This document shows, piece after piece, positions 1 to 9,123 of a stretch of DNA of 64,000 nucleotides; the stretch's first letter is position 1, and each line of letters opens with the position of its first letter. Made by a program: the position numbers and the translations under genes. The notes below the pieces were generated by a model, which worked only from the letters and a program-made list of their open reading frames with translations, was not told the DNA's origin and ran no database searches. Source of the stretch: Bdellovibrionales bacterium (GTDB taxonomy: Bacteria; Bdellovibrionota; Bdellovibrionia; Bdellovibrionales; UBA1609); contig JAWLHR010000014.1 in assembly GCA_041690295.1 (NCBI GenBank), positions 19,664-83,663 of the forward strand. Direction: 5' to 3'.

Positions 1-459
1 TTCACGAATCCGCCAGTACGCCCGGCCCGAAGTCACTTTGATCTCGGGGAACTTGCTCTCGAATTCCTTGCGGGAAAGAGCGAAGGGATCCTTGATGTCT
101 TTTTTCCCGGCGAATGCGGCTTCGAAATGTTCAAGATTCATAAAATGATTGGTCCATTCCTCGCCATAGGTGGACGGCCGCTTCCAGATCAGATCGGGGA
201 CATTGCTATAATATCCCAGGTCATAACTGTGGTCGCGCAGGAACTTGCCTTGAGGTTCTTCGCTCACCAGTATGGCCGCGGTTTCACCGATGATTTGATG
301 CCCACGCTTCCCCCACGCGAACGCGAGGACCGGGGTGAAGGCGAGGATAAGGAGCGAATGGATCGGTTTGGGGTAGAGGGGCTTGGGATGGAGGTTATGG
401 CTGATTCCGAGTCCATGGGTTCGATTCTTCTTTTTGATGATTTTACTTATCAATTTCAT
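1..459 (-). CDS. S1/P1 nuclease / Zn-dependent phospholipase C-like secreted protein (runs off the window edge)
   Basis: Not in the ORF track. Manual translation from ATG 459 stays open to position 1. A hydrophobic signal (LLILAFTPVLAFA) is followed by WGKRGHQII, the W-G-x-x-G-H mature N-terminus of S1/P1 nucleases. Later motifs are NVPDLIWK and NHFMNLE. Confidence 0.75.
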   Translation of the reverse strand, partial: MKLISKIIKKKNRTHGLGISHNLHPKPLYPKPIHSLLILAFTPVLAFAWGKRGHQIIGETAAILVSEEPQGKFLRDHSYDLGYYSNVPDLIWKRPSTYGEEWTNHFMNLEHFEAAFAGKKDIKDPFALSRKEFESKFPEIKVTSGRAYWRIRE

Positions 460-553
460 GGCGCCATCTTAGTGGCTCCCCTTCATTAGGCAAATCTTGA
501 CGCCAAAAGCAAACCGCATAAGATAAGACCTCCTTCTAGAGGAGGTTCTAACG

Positions 554-943
554 ATGAAAGCCTTGTTGATGAGCATGATATTAGTTTCAAGTGTCGCATG
601 GGCGCAAACCGTGGACGTGAAAGATGTTTCCGCTGACACCGACGGCGAGACAACAACCACGATTGAGATCAAAAAAGCCAAAGCCGGAATGATGAAGTCG
701 GACAACACCTGGGAAATCACCGATGGCACCGCTGACCTCGAAGGGGATGCGGGCGCGACCAATAAAGATGCGAAAGCCAAATGGAAGAAAGCTTGCGACG
801 ACTGGAAAAAGGAATTCCGCCAGGACAACAACGAAAACAAAATCCTTAGCCTCAACTGCGGAACCGCCACCTGCGGCGGCGACGTCGGCAACAAAACCTG
901 CACCTCAAAGGCAAGCTACAAGATCAAGACTCGAGTAAATTAA
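554..943 (+). CDS. Secreted hypothetical protein with 4 Cys
   Basis: Signal peptide MKALLMSMILVSSVAWA; AGGAGG Shine-Dalgarno at 540-545. Confidence 0.8.
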   Translation: MKALLMSMILVSSVAWAQTVDVKDVSADTDGETTTTIEIKKAKAGMMKSDNTWEITDGTADLEGDAGATNKDAKAKWKKACDDWKKEFRQDNNENKILSLNCGTATCGGDVGNKTCTSKASYKIKTRVN

Positions 944-969
944 GACGATGGTACGATTCTGATGAGCGG

Positions 970-1115
970 GCCGGTCGGCCGGCGCACCGGGTGGACTGGT
1001 GCGCGGGGCCGCGTGGTCTGCGAGTCTGTGGGGTTAGCAGCGCTCGAGAATGCGGGCCGCGTGATTTGCGGGGCACGTGTTTGCGGAACCTGTATCAGTA
1101 AGTTACGTGTTTGCG
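970..1115. repeat. Degenerate GC-rich direct repeats and hairpins downstream of the Y1 transposase
   Basis: Four copies of a CGTG(n)TTTGCG-like core in units at about 1003-1022, 1052-1070, 1068-1085 and 1100-1115; hairpin GCGCACCGG-N5-CTGGTGCGC at 982-1004. Confidence 0.5.
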
Positions 1116-1126
1116 CCCTGATCGCC

Positions 1127-1669
1127 TTATCCGTCGCCCCAGATGGCGCGAAGGTCTTTGAGTGACTTGGTTTCTTTGCGAGAGATGAAGCCTTCCGCCT
1201 CAAGGAAGTTTAAATGGATGTAGTCGCAGACACTGCGAAAGGCCTTGTGCCAGCCTCGTACAATTCGCGTAAAAGGACGAAATAACCAAAAGGCCTCGCC
1301 CTGAGGCAGCTTAATAAGCTCTCTCATGGTTTGCGCGATTCGCCCGCACAGTTCACGAATAAAAGCTGGCCAATCCCGCACGTGATTGATTTTGACGAGC
1401 AAATGTAAGTGGTTGCCGACATTCGCATACCGGTAAACCTTGAAGCCGTGCTTTTGGGCCGTCTTGGTGACGATTTCATTCACCACCGAAAAGGCTTTCG
1501 GAAGACGCATTCCACCCCGCGTAGCTCTTAAAACAAGATGAACCGGAAACTTTGAATCCAAAGGACGCTTACACTTCGGATTCCCCTTCAGCAGACTTCC
1601 GCCGAATTCATCTCCGGGCTTTCTGAATCCTTTTCCCGCAAACTCAAGTTGTGCTCGACGGCCGCTCAT
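1127..1669 (-). mobile_element. IS200-like / REP-associated (RAYT-like) Y1 HUH transposase
   Basis: 180 aa with VHLVLR, the HUH motif GNHLHLL and a catalytic Tyr helix DYIHLN; no tnpB alongside. Confidence 0.8.
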
Positions 1670-1867
1670 TCTTTTTCCTTTGAGATCAAACGTTTATCCA
1701 ATAACTCGTGCAGCGACTTAGCAAGTGACCAAACAGATATCCCCCATCGCTCCACAGTCAAACAGTTTCCAACGAGAATTTGCGCCTGCTCTTGTGTTTT
1801 TATAGATGACAGTAAGTTCGCCCATGTCTGGCTGGGAATGAAATGTTGACAACTCGTCTCGATCTTC

Positions 1868-2008
1868 ACTTCCGATTCGGAAGTAGGGGCGCGCCAACCA
1901 ACTAGGAAGGCGATCAATAGATCGGGTTAACTAGGGAGGTCGACCAGAAAGCGGCAACCGTGCGAGAACGCGCGCGCCAAGCACAAGAGCGCGCGCCAAA
2001 GCCCGCAC
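1868..2008. repeat. Palindrome and short direct repeats upstream of the Y1 transposase
   Basis: ACTTCCGA-T-TCGGAAGT at 1868-1884; AACTAGG(A/G)AGG twice (1900, 1929); GCGCGCCAA three times (about 1889, 1972, 1991). Confidence 0.5.
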
Positions 2009-3627
2009 TATCCGCCGCGGGTTTTTTCGAGGTAGTAGTCCCAGGAGCCGTCGTAGATGGTGAGTTGGTGGCGGTCGAGGCGAAAAACCCGCGTGGTCAT
2101 GTTGCGCAGGAAGTGCCGGTCGTGGCTGACGATCATCACAGTGCCTTGAAAGCGGCGGATGGCGTCCAATAAAACTTCGCGCGATTGAATGTCCAAGTGA
2201 TTGGTCGGCTCGTCGAGCACCAGAAAATTAACCGGCTTGGCGAGAATCGTGGCCAACACGACCCGGCTTTTTTCTCCACCTGATAAAACGGAGATTTTCT
2301 TTTCCACCTCGTCGCCCGAAAACTTCAACGCGCCCAAAAGATTTCGCACGTACCCGACCGATTGAGTGGGAATACGCGAGTGCACTTCTTCCAACACACT
2401 CAATGATGGATTCAAAACATCCAAAGAATTCTGGCTGAAATAGCCGAGATGAATGCTCGCGCCGAGAACCGCCTTGCCCTCAGTCGGCTCCGTCTGGCCG
2501 GCGATGATCTTTAGCAAAGTGGATTTACCCGCGCCGTTCACACCCACAACCGCGACACGATCCAAACGGCGCACCAATGCGTTCGCCCCGCGAAAAACTT
2601 CCACCCGCCGGCCGCCGCCGTCATAAACCTTTCCCAAATTCTCAAGTTTCACGACCTCATCACCGCCCCGGGGTGGCTCAGGCCACTCGAAATGAATGGC
2701 TTTTTCCTCGGTGGGAACTTCAACAAGATCGATCTTTTCCAGTTTCTTAACCCGGGATTGCACCTGGGCGGCATGGGAAGCGCGCGCGGCAAAGCGGGCG
2801 ATGAACTCCTTTTCCTTGGCGATCATCTCTTCCTGCCGCTTGGCCGTGGCGATCAATTGTTCACGCCGAAGCTCCCGCTCCCGCTCATAAAAGTCATAGT
2901 TCCCCGAATAGACCGTGATGGTTTGATGCGCGACCTCGATGATCTTTTCAACCAGCCGGTTCATGAAGTCACGATCGTGACTGGTCATGAGGAGCGTGCC
3001 CTTGAATTCTTTCAACCAACCTTCCAACCATTCGATCGATTCCAAATCCAAGTGGTTGGTGGGCTCGTCCATCAAAAGAACATCGGGATTGAGCACCAAT
3101 ATCTTGGCCAAAGCGATGCGCATTTTCCAACCACCGCTGAAGCTACCGGTGTCGCGATGATGATCTTCGGGATGAAAACCCAAACCGGTGATGATTTCGG
3201 CCGCGCGAGCCTCGAGATTGTAGCCGCCGAGACGTTCGAACTCGGCCTGAACTTCGCCGTACTTTTCAAGGACCGCGGTCATTTCGTCTTCGGTGAGATC
3301 CGGCGAAGACAATTTGGCTTCGTACTCGGCCACTTTTCGACCAAGCTCCGCCACCCGGCCGGCCGCTGATTTGACTTCTTCCAAAACGGACCGGCCCTTC
3401 ATGTCTTCGATATTTTGCGAAAAGTAACCAATGACGGTTTTTTCGGGCTTGGCCACGTGGCCCGAGCCCACGCCTTCCTCACCGGTGATGAGACGAAAGA
3501 TCGTGGTTTTGCCGGCGCCGTTGGGCCCGACCAAGCCCACTTTTTCTCCCGGATTCAGTTGAAAAGAAGCGTCCCTGTACAGCACCTTGTTGCCGTAACT
3601 TTTGGACACGTTGGCCACATTAATCAT
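2008..3627 (-). CDS. ABC-F family ATP-binding protein
   Basis: Two ABC domains (GPNGAGKT / GVNGAGKS, FSGGW / LSGGE, DEPTNHLD twice); no TM segments. Confidence 0.95.
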   Translation of the reverse strand: MINVANVSKSYGNKVLYRDASFQLNPGEKVGLVGPNGAGKTTIFRLITGEEGVGSGHVAKPEKTVIGYFSQNIEDMKGRSVLEEVKSAAGRVAELGRKVAEYEAKLSSPDLTEDEMTAVLEKYGEVQAEFERLGGYNLEARAAEIITGLGFHPEDHHRDTGSFSGGWKMRIALAKILVLNPDVLLMDEPTNHLDLESIEWLEGWLKEFKGTLLMTSHDRDFMNRLVEKIIEVAHQTITVYSGNYDFYERERELRREQLIATAKRQEEMIAKEKEFIARFAARASHAAQVQSRVKKLEKIDLVEVPTEEKAIHFEWPEPPRGGDEVVKLENLGKVYDGGGRRVEVFRGANALVRRLDRVAVVGVNGAGKSTLLKIIAGQTEPTEGKAVLGASIHLGYFSQNSLDVLNPSLSVLEEVHSRIPTQSVGYVRNLLGALKFSGDEVEKKISVLSGGEKSRVVLATILAKPVNFLVLDEPTNHLDIQSREVLLDAIRRFQGTVMIVSHDRHFLRNMTTRVFRLDRHQLTIYDGSWDYYLEKTRGG

Positions 3628-3644
3628 GAGTGGCCACTATAATC

Positions 3645-4181
3645 TTACATCCGGGCGATTCTCAAGGCCTGATCCGCGGCCCGCAGGACCGAGGCCAAGC
3701 GAAGGAGCGATTGAATGCCAATCGGCTGCACTCCCGCGTCCTTCAACACCTTGGCGTGGGCGCTTAAACACTGACCGCACCCGGCGATTGCTGAAACCGC
3801 GAGCGACATGGCTTCGAAATCCGTCTTAGGGATTCCGGGGTTGCCGATGATATTCATGCGCAATTTAGTGGGGAGCTTGCGAAGTTCCTCATCATTCATC
3901 AAATGCGTGGATCGATAATAAACATTATTCATCGCCATGATCGTGGCCGCGCCACGAGCCGCTTCGCGATAGGCATCATCGTTCAACGCACCCGATGAAG
4001 AGTTCAGCAACGCATTCACCAGGTCTTTGGAGTCAAGTGCATAGGCGCAGGCCAACGCCGAGCCCCAGATTTGTTGATCCGTGAGCCCGGGCGCGCCTTC
4101 CGTACTCAACACCGAATCCAGATTCAAGCGTATGTCCCGCCCGAAGTCAGGAATCTGAGATTTGAGATCTTCAATGGTCAT
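3645..4181 (-). CDS. ahpD: Alkyl hydroperoxide reductase AhpD
   Basis: MAMNNVYYR and AIAGCGQCLSAH (CxxC); the ATG at 4181 overlaps the ahpC stop (ATGA). Confidence 0.9.
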   Translation of the reverse strand: MTIEDLKSQIPDFGRDIRLNLDSVLSTEGAPGLTDQQIWGSALACAYALDSKDLVNALLNSSSGALNDDAYREAARGAATIMAMNNVYYRSTHLMNDEELRKLPTKLRMNIIGNPGIPKTDFEAMSLAVSAIAGCGQCLSAHAKVLKDAGVQPIGIQSLLRLASVLRAADQALRIARM

Positions 4182-4714
4182 AACTGAATCGTCTCCTGTC
4201 CGGGTTCCCAATTGCAGGGGCAAAGTTCGTCGGTTTGTAAGCCGTCCAAAATACGGAGAACTTCCTTGGGACTGCGACCAACCGACGCATCCGTCACATA
4301 CACGAAGCGGATGATACCTTCAGGATCCACGATGTACGTCGCCCGTTGGGCCACGCCTTCTTTTTCATCGAGAATGCCGAGCTTGGAGCTGAGATCGCGA
4401 TTCAAGTCCGAAAGCAGCGGGAAATCGAGATTCTTGAGATCCTCATTTTGCTGTTTCCAGGCCAGGTGAACGAATTCAGAGTCCGTGCTCACGCCCAAAA
4501 CCTGCGCGTCGCGGTCCTTGAACTGGCGGCTCAATTCATTAAAGCCTTTGATCTCCGTCGGACAAACGAAGGTGAAATCCTTGGGGTAGAAAAACACAAC
4601 CAACCACTTACCGGCATAGGTCTTGTTGCTCACCTCGGTGAAGGCCGTCTTTAAATCGGTTCCCGTCACCGCCTTTAAGTTAAAATCCGGAAAACGCTGT
4701 CCAATACCTAACAT
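4178..4714 (-). CDS. ahpC: Peroxiredoxin AhpC
   Basis: FYPKDFTFVCPTE and C-terminal ELCPCNW. Confidence 0.95.
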   Translation of the reverse strand: MLGIGQRFPDFNLKAVTGTDLKTAFTEVSNKTYAGKWLVVFFYPKDFTFVCPTEIKGFNELSRQFKDRDAQVLGVSTDSEFVHLAWKQQNEDLKNLDFPLLSDLNRDLSSKLGILDEKEGVAQRATYIVDPEGIIRFVYVTDASVGRSPKEVLRILDGLQTDELCPCNWEPGQETIQL

Positions 4715-4788
4715 TTAATACCTCCTAAAGTTGGCGCCGCCCGCGCGGCTTCATTGGCTCTCCTTGCAATAATCGCCTCGATCGCCTG

Positions 4789-4833
4789 ATAAGTAAAATC
4801 GATTGTATAAATACATAGATCGATGATATCTAT
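4789..4833. promoter_or_regulatory. Putative OxyR operator between ahpC and oxyR
   Basis: ATAA-N7-CGAT (4789-4803) and ATCG-N7-CTAT (4819-4833) resemble ATAG-N7-CTAT half-operators, within an AT-rich divergent spacer. Confidence 0.6.
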
Positions 4834-4859
4834 CACTATTTGAAACAAGGAGTGCGACA

Positions 4860-5813
4860 ATGCCGTCCTTAACCCAGCTGGAGTACATCGTGGCCGTCGA
4901 GAAATGGCGTCACTTCGGCAAAGCGGCCGAAGCTTGCCACGTCACCCAACCGACTTTAAGCATGCAAATACAGAAAGTTGAGGAGGAGATCGGTTATCCG
5001 CTTTTTGATCGGCTTAAAAAACCGGTGGTCCCCACGGCCAAAGGTGTCCGGTTTATCCAGCAGGCCAAGGCCCTTCTCCATGAGCATCGAAAACTCATGG
5101 AACTTTCACGCAACCAAAGTCATGAGGTCAGTGGGGAATTTCGCCTCGGCGTGATACCAACCGTGGCCCCTTACCTCCTCCCGCTTTTTCTTGAAAGCTT
5201 TTCCCGTGAATATCCCCATGTGGAACTCATCGTGGACGAACTGAAAACGGACACGATCATCTCGGCCCTTCATGAAGACAAGCTGGACGCCGGAATTCTC
5301 GCAACACCACTGAACGAGCCCGGCCTAAAGGAGCGGGCACTCTATTATGAACCGTTCGCGCTTTATGTTTCGAAATCCTCCTCGCTCAACTCCCGCCGTC
5401 GGATTCGCGAGAGCGATCTTTCCGGCGAAGAAATGTGGTTGCTCGCGGACGGGCATTGTTTTCGCAACCAGATTGTCCGTTATTGTTCGCTTAAGGAACG
5501 AGAGGGCGTGTTTCCCAATGTCCAATTCGCTGGCGGCACTTTGGAAACGCTTCGCAACCTGATCCGTAACACAAGTGGATATACATTGGTTCCAGCTTTG
5601 TTCGTCGACACCTTATCCGACGCCGAGAAAAAGGAACATATTCGCGAGTTTGAAAAGCCCGTGCCGACCCGGGAGATCAGTTTAATCTATCGACGGGATC
5701 AATGGAAATCAGACATCTTAAACGCCCTGGAAAACCGCATTCGGAAAGGACTGCCCAAGCATGTCGCGAATTCACCTGATCCGAAAGGCCATGAAGTGTT
5801 ACCAGTTGCGTAG
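4860..5813 (+). CDS. oxyR: Hydrogen peroxide-inducible LysR regulator OxyR
   Basis: LysR HTH (HFGKAAEACHVTQPTLS); DGHCFRNQIVRYC redox Cys pair; divergent from ahpCD. Confidence 0.92.
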   Translation: MPSLTQLEYIVAVEKWRHFGKAAEACHVTQPTLSMQIQKVEEEIGYPLFDRLKKPVVPTAKGVRFIQQAKALLHEHRKLMELSRNQSHEVSGEFRLGVIPTVAPYLLPLFLESFSREYPHVELIVDELKTDTIISALHEDKLDAGILATPLNEPGLKERALYYEPFALYVSKSSSLNSRRRIRESDLSGEEMWLLADGHCFRNQIVRYCSLKEREGVFPNVQFAGGTLETLRNLIRNTSGYTLVPALFVDTLSDAEKKEHIREFEKPVPTREISLIYRRDQWKSDILNALENRIRKGLPKHVANSPDPKGHEVLPVA

Positions 5814-5839
5814 GTCTCAAGCTGCAGTAGGATAAAAAA

Positions 5840-6529
5840 ATGGCGACTGAAAAAACCATGCGCGACTGGCCCGTCCATCACGCCGAATTCACATTGCCCA
5901 TCCGTTATCACCTGCAAAAATCCCAAGGTTCGGGCACGGTGATCCTTTTGCACGGTTATCAGGATCATGCACTTTCCATGTTTCGCCGGATCGGTTGGTT
6001 TGAAAAGGATTTGCCTTTTAATGTCTTGGCGGTCAATGCGCCTTTTCCCGTGCCCATTTGGAAAAGTGATGGTTTTGTCGAAGCTTACTCCTGGTATTTC
6101 AGGGACACCCGGCGGGAAATCATGCTGGTGGATCCAAGAGTCACGGCCGAAAGAGTGGGAACGCTCATAAATAAAATTCTTTCGCCATCCGAGCCCCTGG
6201 CGATTTTAGGATTTTCCCAAGGTGGTTTCTTGGCGCCCTTCCTGGCGAAACACTTGCCTTCCCTTCGCGCGATCCTGGGCGTGGGAAGCGGCTACCCTTT
6301 TGATCCTTACAGTCACATCGGCCGCACCGACATACGGGTCCACGCTTTCCATGACGAAACGGATGATCGTTGGCCGATCAAAGAATCGCAAGCGTCCCAC
6401 AAAAAAATCCTGGAACTTGGCTTTACCGGTGACTTCCACATCGTTCCCGGGCTGGGCCATAAAGTTGATCCCATGCTGGATCCGCTCATCCGCCCCATTC
6501 TTCTTGCCGAGTTCGGAGCGCGGCCATGA
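5840..6529 (+). CDS. Alpha/beta hydrolase (phospholipase/carboxylesterase-like)
   Basis: LLHGY, GFSQG nucleophile elbow, C-terminal GLGH. Confidence 0.85.
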   Translation: MATEKTMRDWPVHHAEFTLPIRYHLQKSQGSGTVILLHGYQDHALSMFRRIGWFEKDLPFNVLAVNAPFPVPIWKSDGFVEAYSWYFRDTRREIMLVDPRVTAERVGTLINKILSPSEPLAILGFSQGGFLAPFLAKHLPSLRAILGVGSGYPFDPYSHIGRTDIRVHAFHDETDDRWPIKESQASHKKILELGFTGDFHIVPGLGHKVDPMLDPLIRPILLAEFGARP

Positions 6530-7410
6530 AAGTTTTGATCATCGGGGGGAACCGTTTCGTCGGACTACGCCTGAGCACCGCGCTGGATCGGGAGTCTGGA
6601 ATCGAACTTCATGTTTTGAACCGCACGGGACAAGTGCCGCACACCCATCGGGCGGTGATCTTTAAAGGCGATCGCCGTGATTTAACCCTCGCTCGGATAG
6701 ATCAGGAGTACGATGTGGTGGTGGACTTCGCCACCTTCAACGACACCGACGCCCGAGCTTCCACTGGATTTTTCAAACGGGTTGGTCGGTACATTTTCAT
6801 CTCCACCATCGCGGTCTATGATTTAGGCGCGGACTTGCGTGAAGAACAATTTGATCCGGGGAAATTTGATTTAACCGTGAATCACGGCCCACCCTCTTCA
6901 CTGAGCTATCAACTGGGCAAACGCCGCGCTGAAGCCGAGTTCGCCCAGAACGCGCGCTTTCCCGTCGTCTCGGTCCGCTTCCCCTACATCCTTGGCCCCG
7001 ATGACTACACCCGACGTCTTGAATTTCATGTGGAGCGGATCACCCGCAATCAAATGCTTTACTTACCCGATCCCAGCGCCCGTGTGTCCATGATCCACTC
7101 CGAAGACGCCTGTCGTTTCTTGCGTTGGTCGATGGACAAAAATTTTACCGGCCCGATCAATGTGGCAAGTTCCGCTCCGATTCGAATGAGTGATTTTCTA
7201 AGCGAAATTGAAAAGAGAGTGGGACGTCGCGCCCTGCTCGCCCAACAACCCTCACCCCAAATCACTTCACCTTACGCCACAAAATCGGATTATTTCATGG
7301 ACTGCCAAAAGGTGGAGAAGGTGGGATTCACAGCCAAACCCATTTCGGATTGGTTGGGATCGCTGATCGACGGCGCCATCACTGATGCGCCGTCGACCAA
7401 ACTCCATTAA
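6526..7410 (+). CDS. NAD-dependent epimerase/dehydratase family protein
   Basis: IIGGNRFVG Rossmann motif; YQLGK (YxxxK). Confidence 0.85.
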   Translation: MKVLIIGGNRFVGLRLSTALDRESGIELHVLNRTGQVPHTHRAVIFKGDRRDLTLARIDQEYDVVVDFATFNDTDARASTGFFKRVGRYIFISTIAVYDLGADLREEQFDPGKFDLTVNHGPPSSLSYQLGKRRAEAEFAQNARFPVVSVRFPYILGPDDYTRRLEFHVERITRNQMLYLPDPSARVSMIHSEDACRFLRWSMDKNFTGPINVASSAPIRMSDFLSEIEKRVGRRALLAQQPSPQITSPYATKSDYFMDCQKVEKVGFTAKPISDWLGSLIDGAITDAPSTKLH

Positions 7411-8462
7411 AGCTCTTTCAATCCCAATGCGGTGATCAATCCCGAAAACGGAACGTTGGGATAGGTCATCGTAATGCAATGAATGGAGCCACGCCCTTGA
7501 TTACTTAAGGTGATGGTCTCGATCGGAACCACTTTCAATCCGGCCCGTTGATAGACGTCGACGGCTTCACGATCCGTGGGTTGCTCAAAAACCGGAACGA
7601 AGATCGTTCCGTTCACGAGCAATGAGTTCACATAGGATTCATAAGGATAGCGCGGACGCGGCAACATGGTGACCTCAAAACCCTCGGCACGCAAACGATC
7701 GGCGTAACTGGGCAAATCGGTCAGCACTTTGTTGCGGGCCACGAAACGCACGGACTCATCGATGTGGCCAATGCCTTTTTCATGGGGCAGGCGAATGAGT
7801 CGCTTGCAACCGTAATGATCGTAAAAGATCTCATTGGGAATCCGAATGCTTCGTTGATTATCCACGGTGATGCAATCGCCCACATCGTTCACCATGAAAT
7901 TGCCGCCTTCGAAATAATAATTATGTCTCAGCAGGTGGGCCTCGAACCAGTTGGCGATCACCTGATCCGGCTCGAAGTTATGATAATAGCGCGCATCCAC
8001 CACATTCAGACTCGAATCCGGCCCCCAAATCGGAACCGGGAGTCCATCACGAGACCAAAAACCATTGCCACCCGCATTGATCGTCACGATCTTGAGGCGG
8101 TTCGGCTCGATATACCCCGCGAATGCCCGACGGATGGATTCTTTGTTGTTCCGATCCGTGTAGATCACGAGAGTGGTATCGGCGGGCAGCTCTCGTGCCA
8201 TAATCCGCTTGGCGGTTAAGGAATTGAAAACCGTTTCTGCACTGAAAAAGAGATAGCCGGCTTCTTCCAATTCGGAAAACGGACGCTCGACCGCCACCGT
8301 GGGCTTTCGATGCGGTATCAGTCGGATGGACTCATGATACTCTTGAATCCGGCGATTCTGCTCCGGGGTCGCATCGGCGCCCGGAGCCTGTTCATTCGCA
8401 CTCACATTCGCCGCGAAAAAGAAAACCGCGGCGACTAAACCCAACATCCTTGTTGGTGCCAT
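7407..8462 (-). CDS. Secreted agmatine / peptidyl-arginine deiminase family protein
   Basis: WSRD, EGGN, GHID and SIHCIT motifs; N-terminal signal peptide. Confidence 0.85.
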   Translation of the reverse strand: MAPTRMLGLVAAVFFFAANVSANEQAPGADATPEQNRRIQEYHESIRLIPHRKPTVAVERPFSELEEAGYLFFSAETVFNSLTAKRIMARELPADTTLVIYTDRNNKESIRRAFAGYIEPNRLKIVTINAGGNGFWSRDGLPVPIWGPDSSLNVVDARYYHNFEPDQVIANWFEAHLLRHNYYFEGGNFMVNDVGDCITVDNQRSIRIPNEIFYDHYGCKRLIRLPHEKGIGHIDESVRFVARNKVLTDLPSYADRLRAEGFEVTMLPRPRYPYESYVNSLLVNGTIFVPVFEQPTDREAVDVYQRAGLKVVPIETITLSNQGRGSIHCITMTYPNVPFSGLITALGLKEL

Positions 8463-8480
8463 ATCCCCCCCAAATTTATT

Positions 8481-9113
8481 TTATTGGTACTTAATGCTGC
8501 ATCCGTAGGGCGTGGTGGACGCCGTTTTCACCGGCTCACCTTTCTCGACCGCGGCCAGCGCGGAGAGAACGTAATTTTGCGCTCCATCCAGGCTCTTCGC
8601 CGAGGCGGACGGCCGGTCATCAATCGCGCCCATGTAGGCCAATTGACCCTTCTTATCTATGACGAACATATGAGGCGTGGTTTTCGCGTCATACATTTTG
8701 CCGACTTTTCCCTCGGTATCGAGAAGAACGGCGGTCGGCTTCATGCTCCACTCACCCATGAGCTTCGTCACTTCTTCAGCGGACATGGCACCTTGCTTGC
8801 CGGGTGCGGAAGAAATGATCGTGAACCAAACGATTCCCTTGCCGGTTTGCTTGGCCTGCAAGTCTTGCATGGTTTTGGAGTCATAGAACTTGCGAACATA
8901 GGGGCAATCTTTGTTGAACCATTCAAGGACCACGATCTTGCCCTTTTGATCGGCGAGCTTATACGTTTTGCCGTCCGCGCCGGTCAGTTCGAACGTTGGT
9001 GCCGCATGACCGATCTTGGTCACCGCTTTTTCAGGTGCCGCCTGATCTTTAGGCGATGCGGCCAAAGCCATCTGGGCCACGAGGGAGAGCGCGATAATAA
9101 ACGCCATTCTCAT
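8481..9113 (-). CDS. Periplasmic redoxin / thioredoxin-family protein
   Basis: Signal peptide; LEWFNKDCPY, TTPHMF, YMGAIDD, PYGCSIKY. Confidence 0.88.
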   Translation of the reverse strand: MRMAFIIALSLVAQMALAASPKDQAAPEKAVTKIGHAAPTFELTGADGKTYKLADQKGKIVVLEWFNKDCPYVRKFYDSKTMQDLQAKQTGKGIVWFTIISSAPGKQGAMSAEEVTKLMGEWSMKPTAVLLDTEGKVGKMYDAKTTPHMFVIDKKGQLAYMGAIDDRPSASAKSLDGAQNYVLSALAAVEKGEPVKTASTTPYGCSIKYQ

Positions 9114-9123
9114 TCAAACCTCC

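Noticed and set aside
127..903. ORFs 127..489(+) and 469..903(-)
   Set aside because: Antisense to better-supported genes (S1/P1-like 1..459 and secreted 554..943).
940..1203. ORFs 940..1203(-) and 962..1165(+)
   Set aside because: They span the repeat-rich flank, and the repeated RVC/TRP words mirror the DNA repeats. No convincing RBS, though translation is not strictly excluded.
1666..1917. 83-aa ORF upstream of the transposase
   Set aside because: TTG start inside the repeat region and no recognisable motif. The overlap with the transposase start is the only support.
970..2008. Possible CRISPR array
   Set aside because: Repeats are short, degenerate and irregularly spaced; no cas genes in the window.
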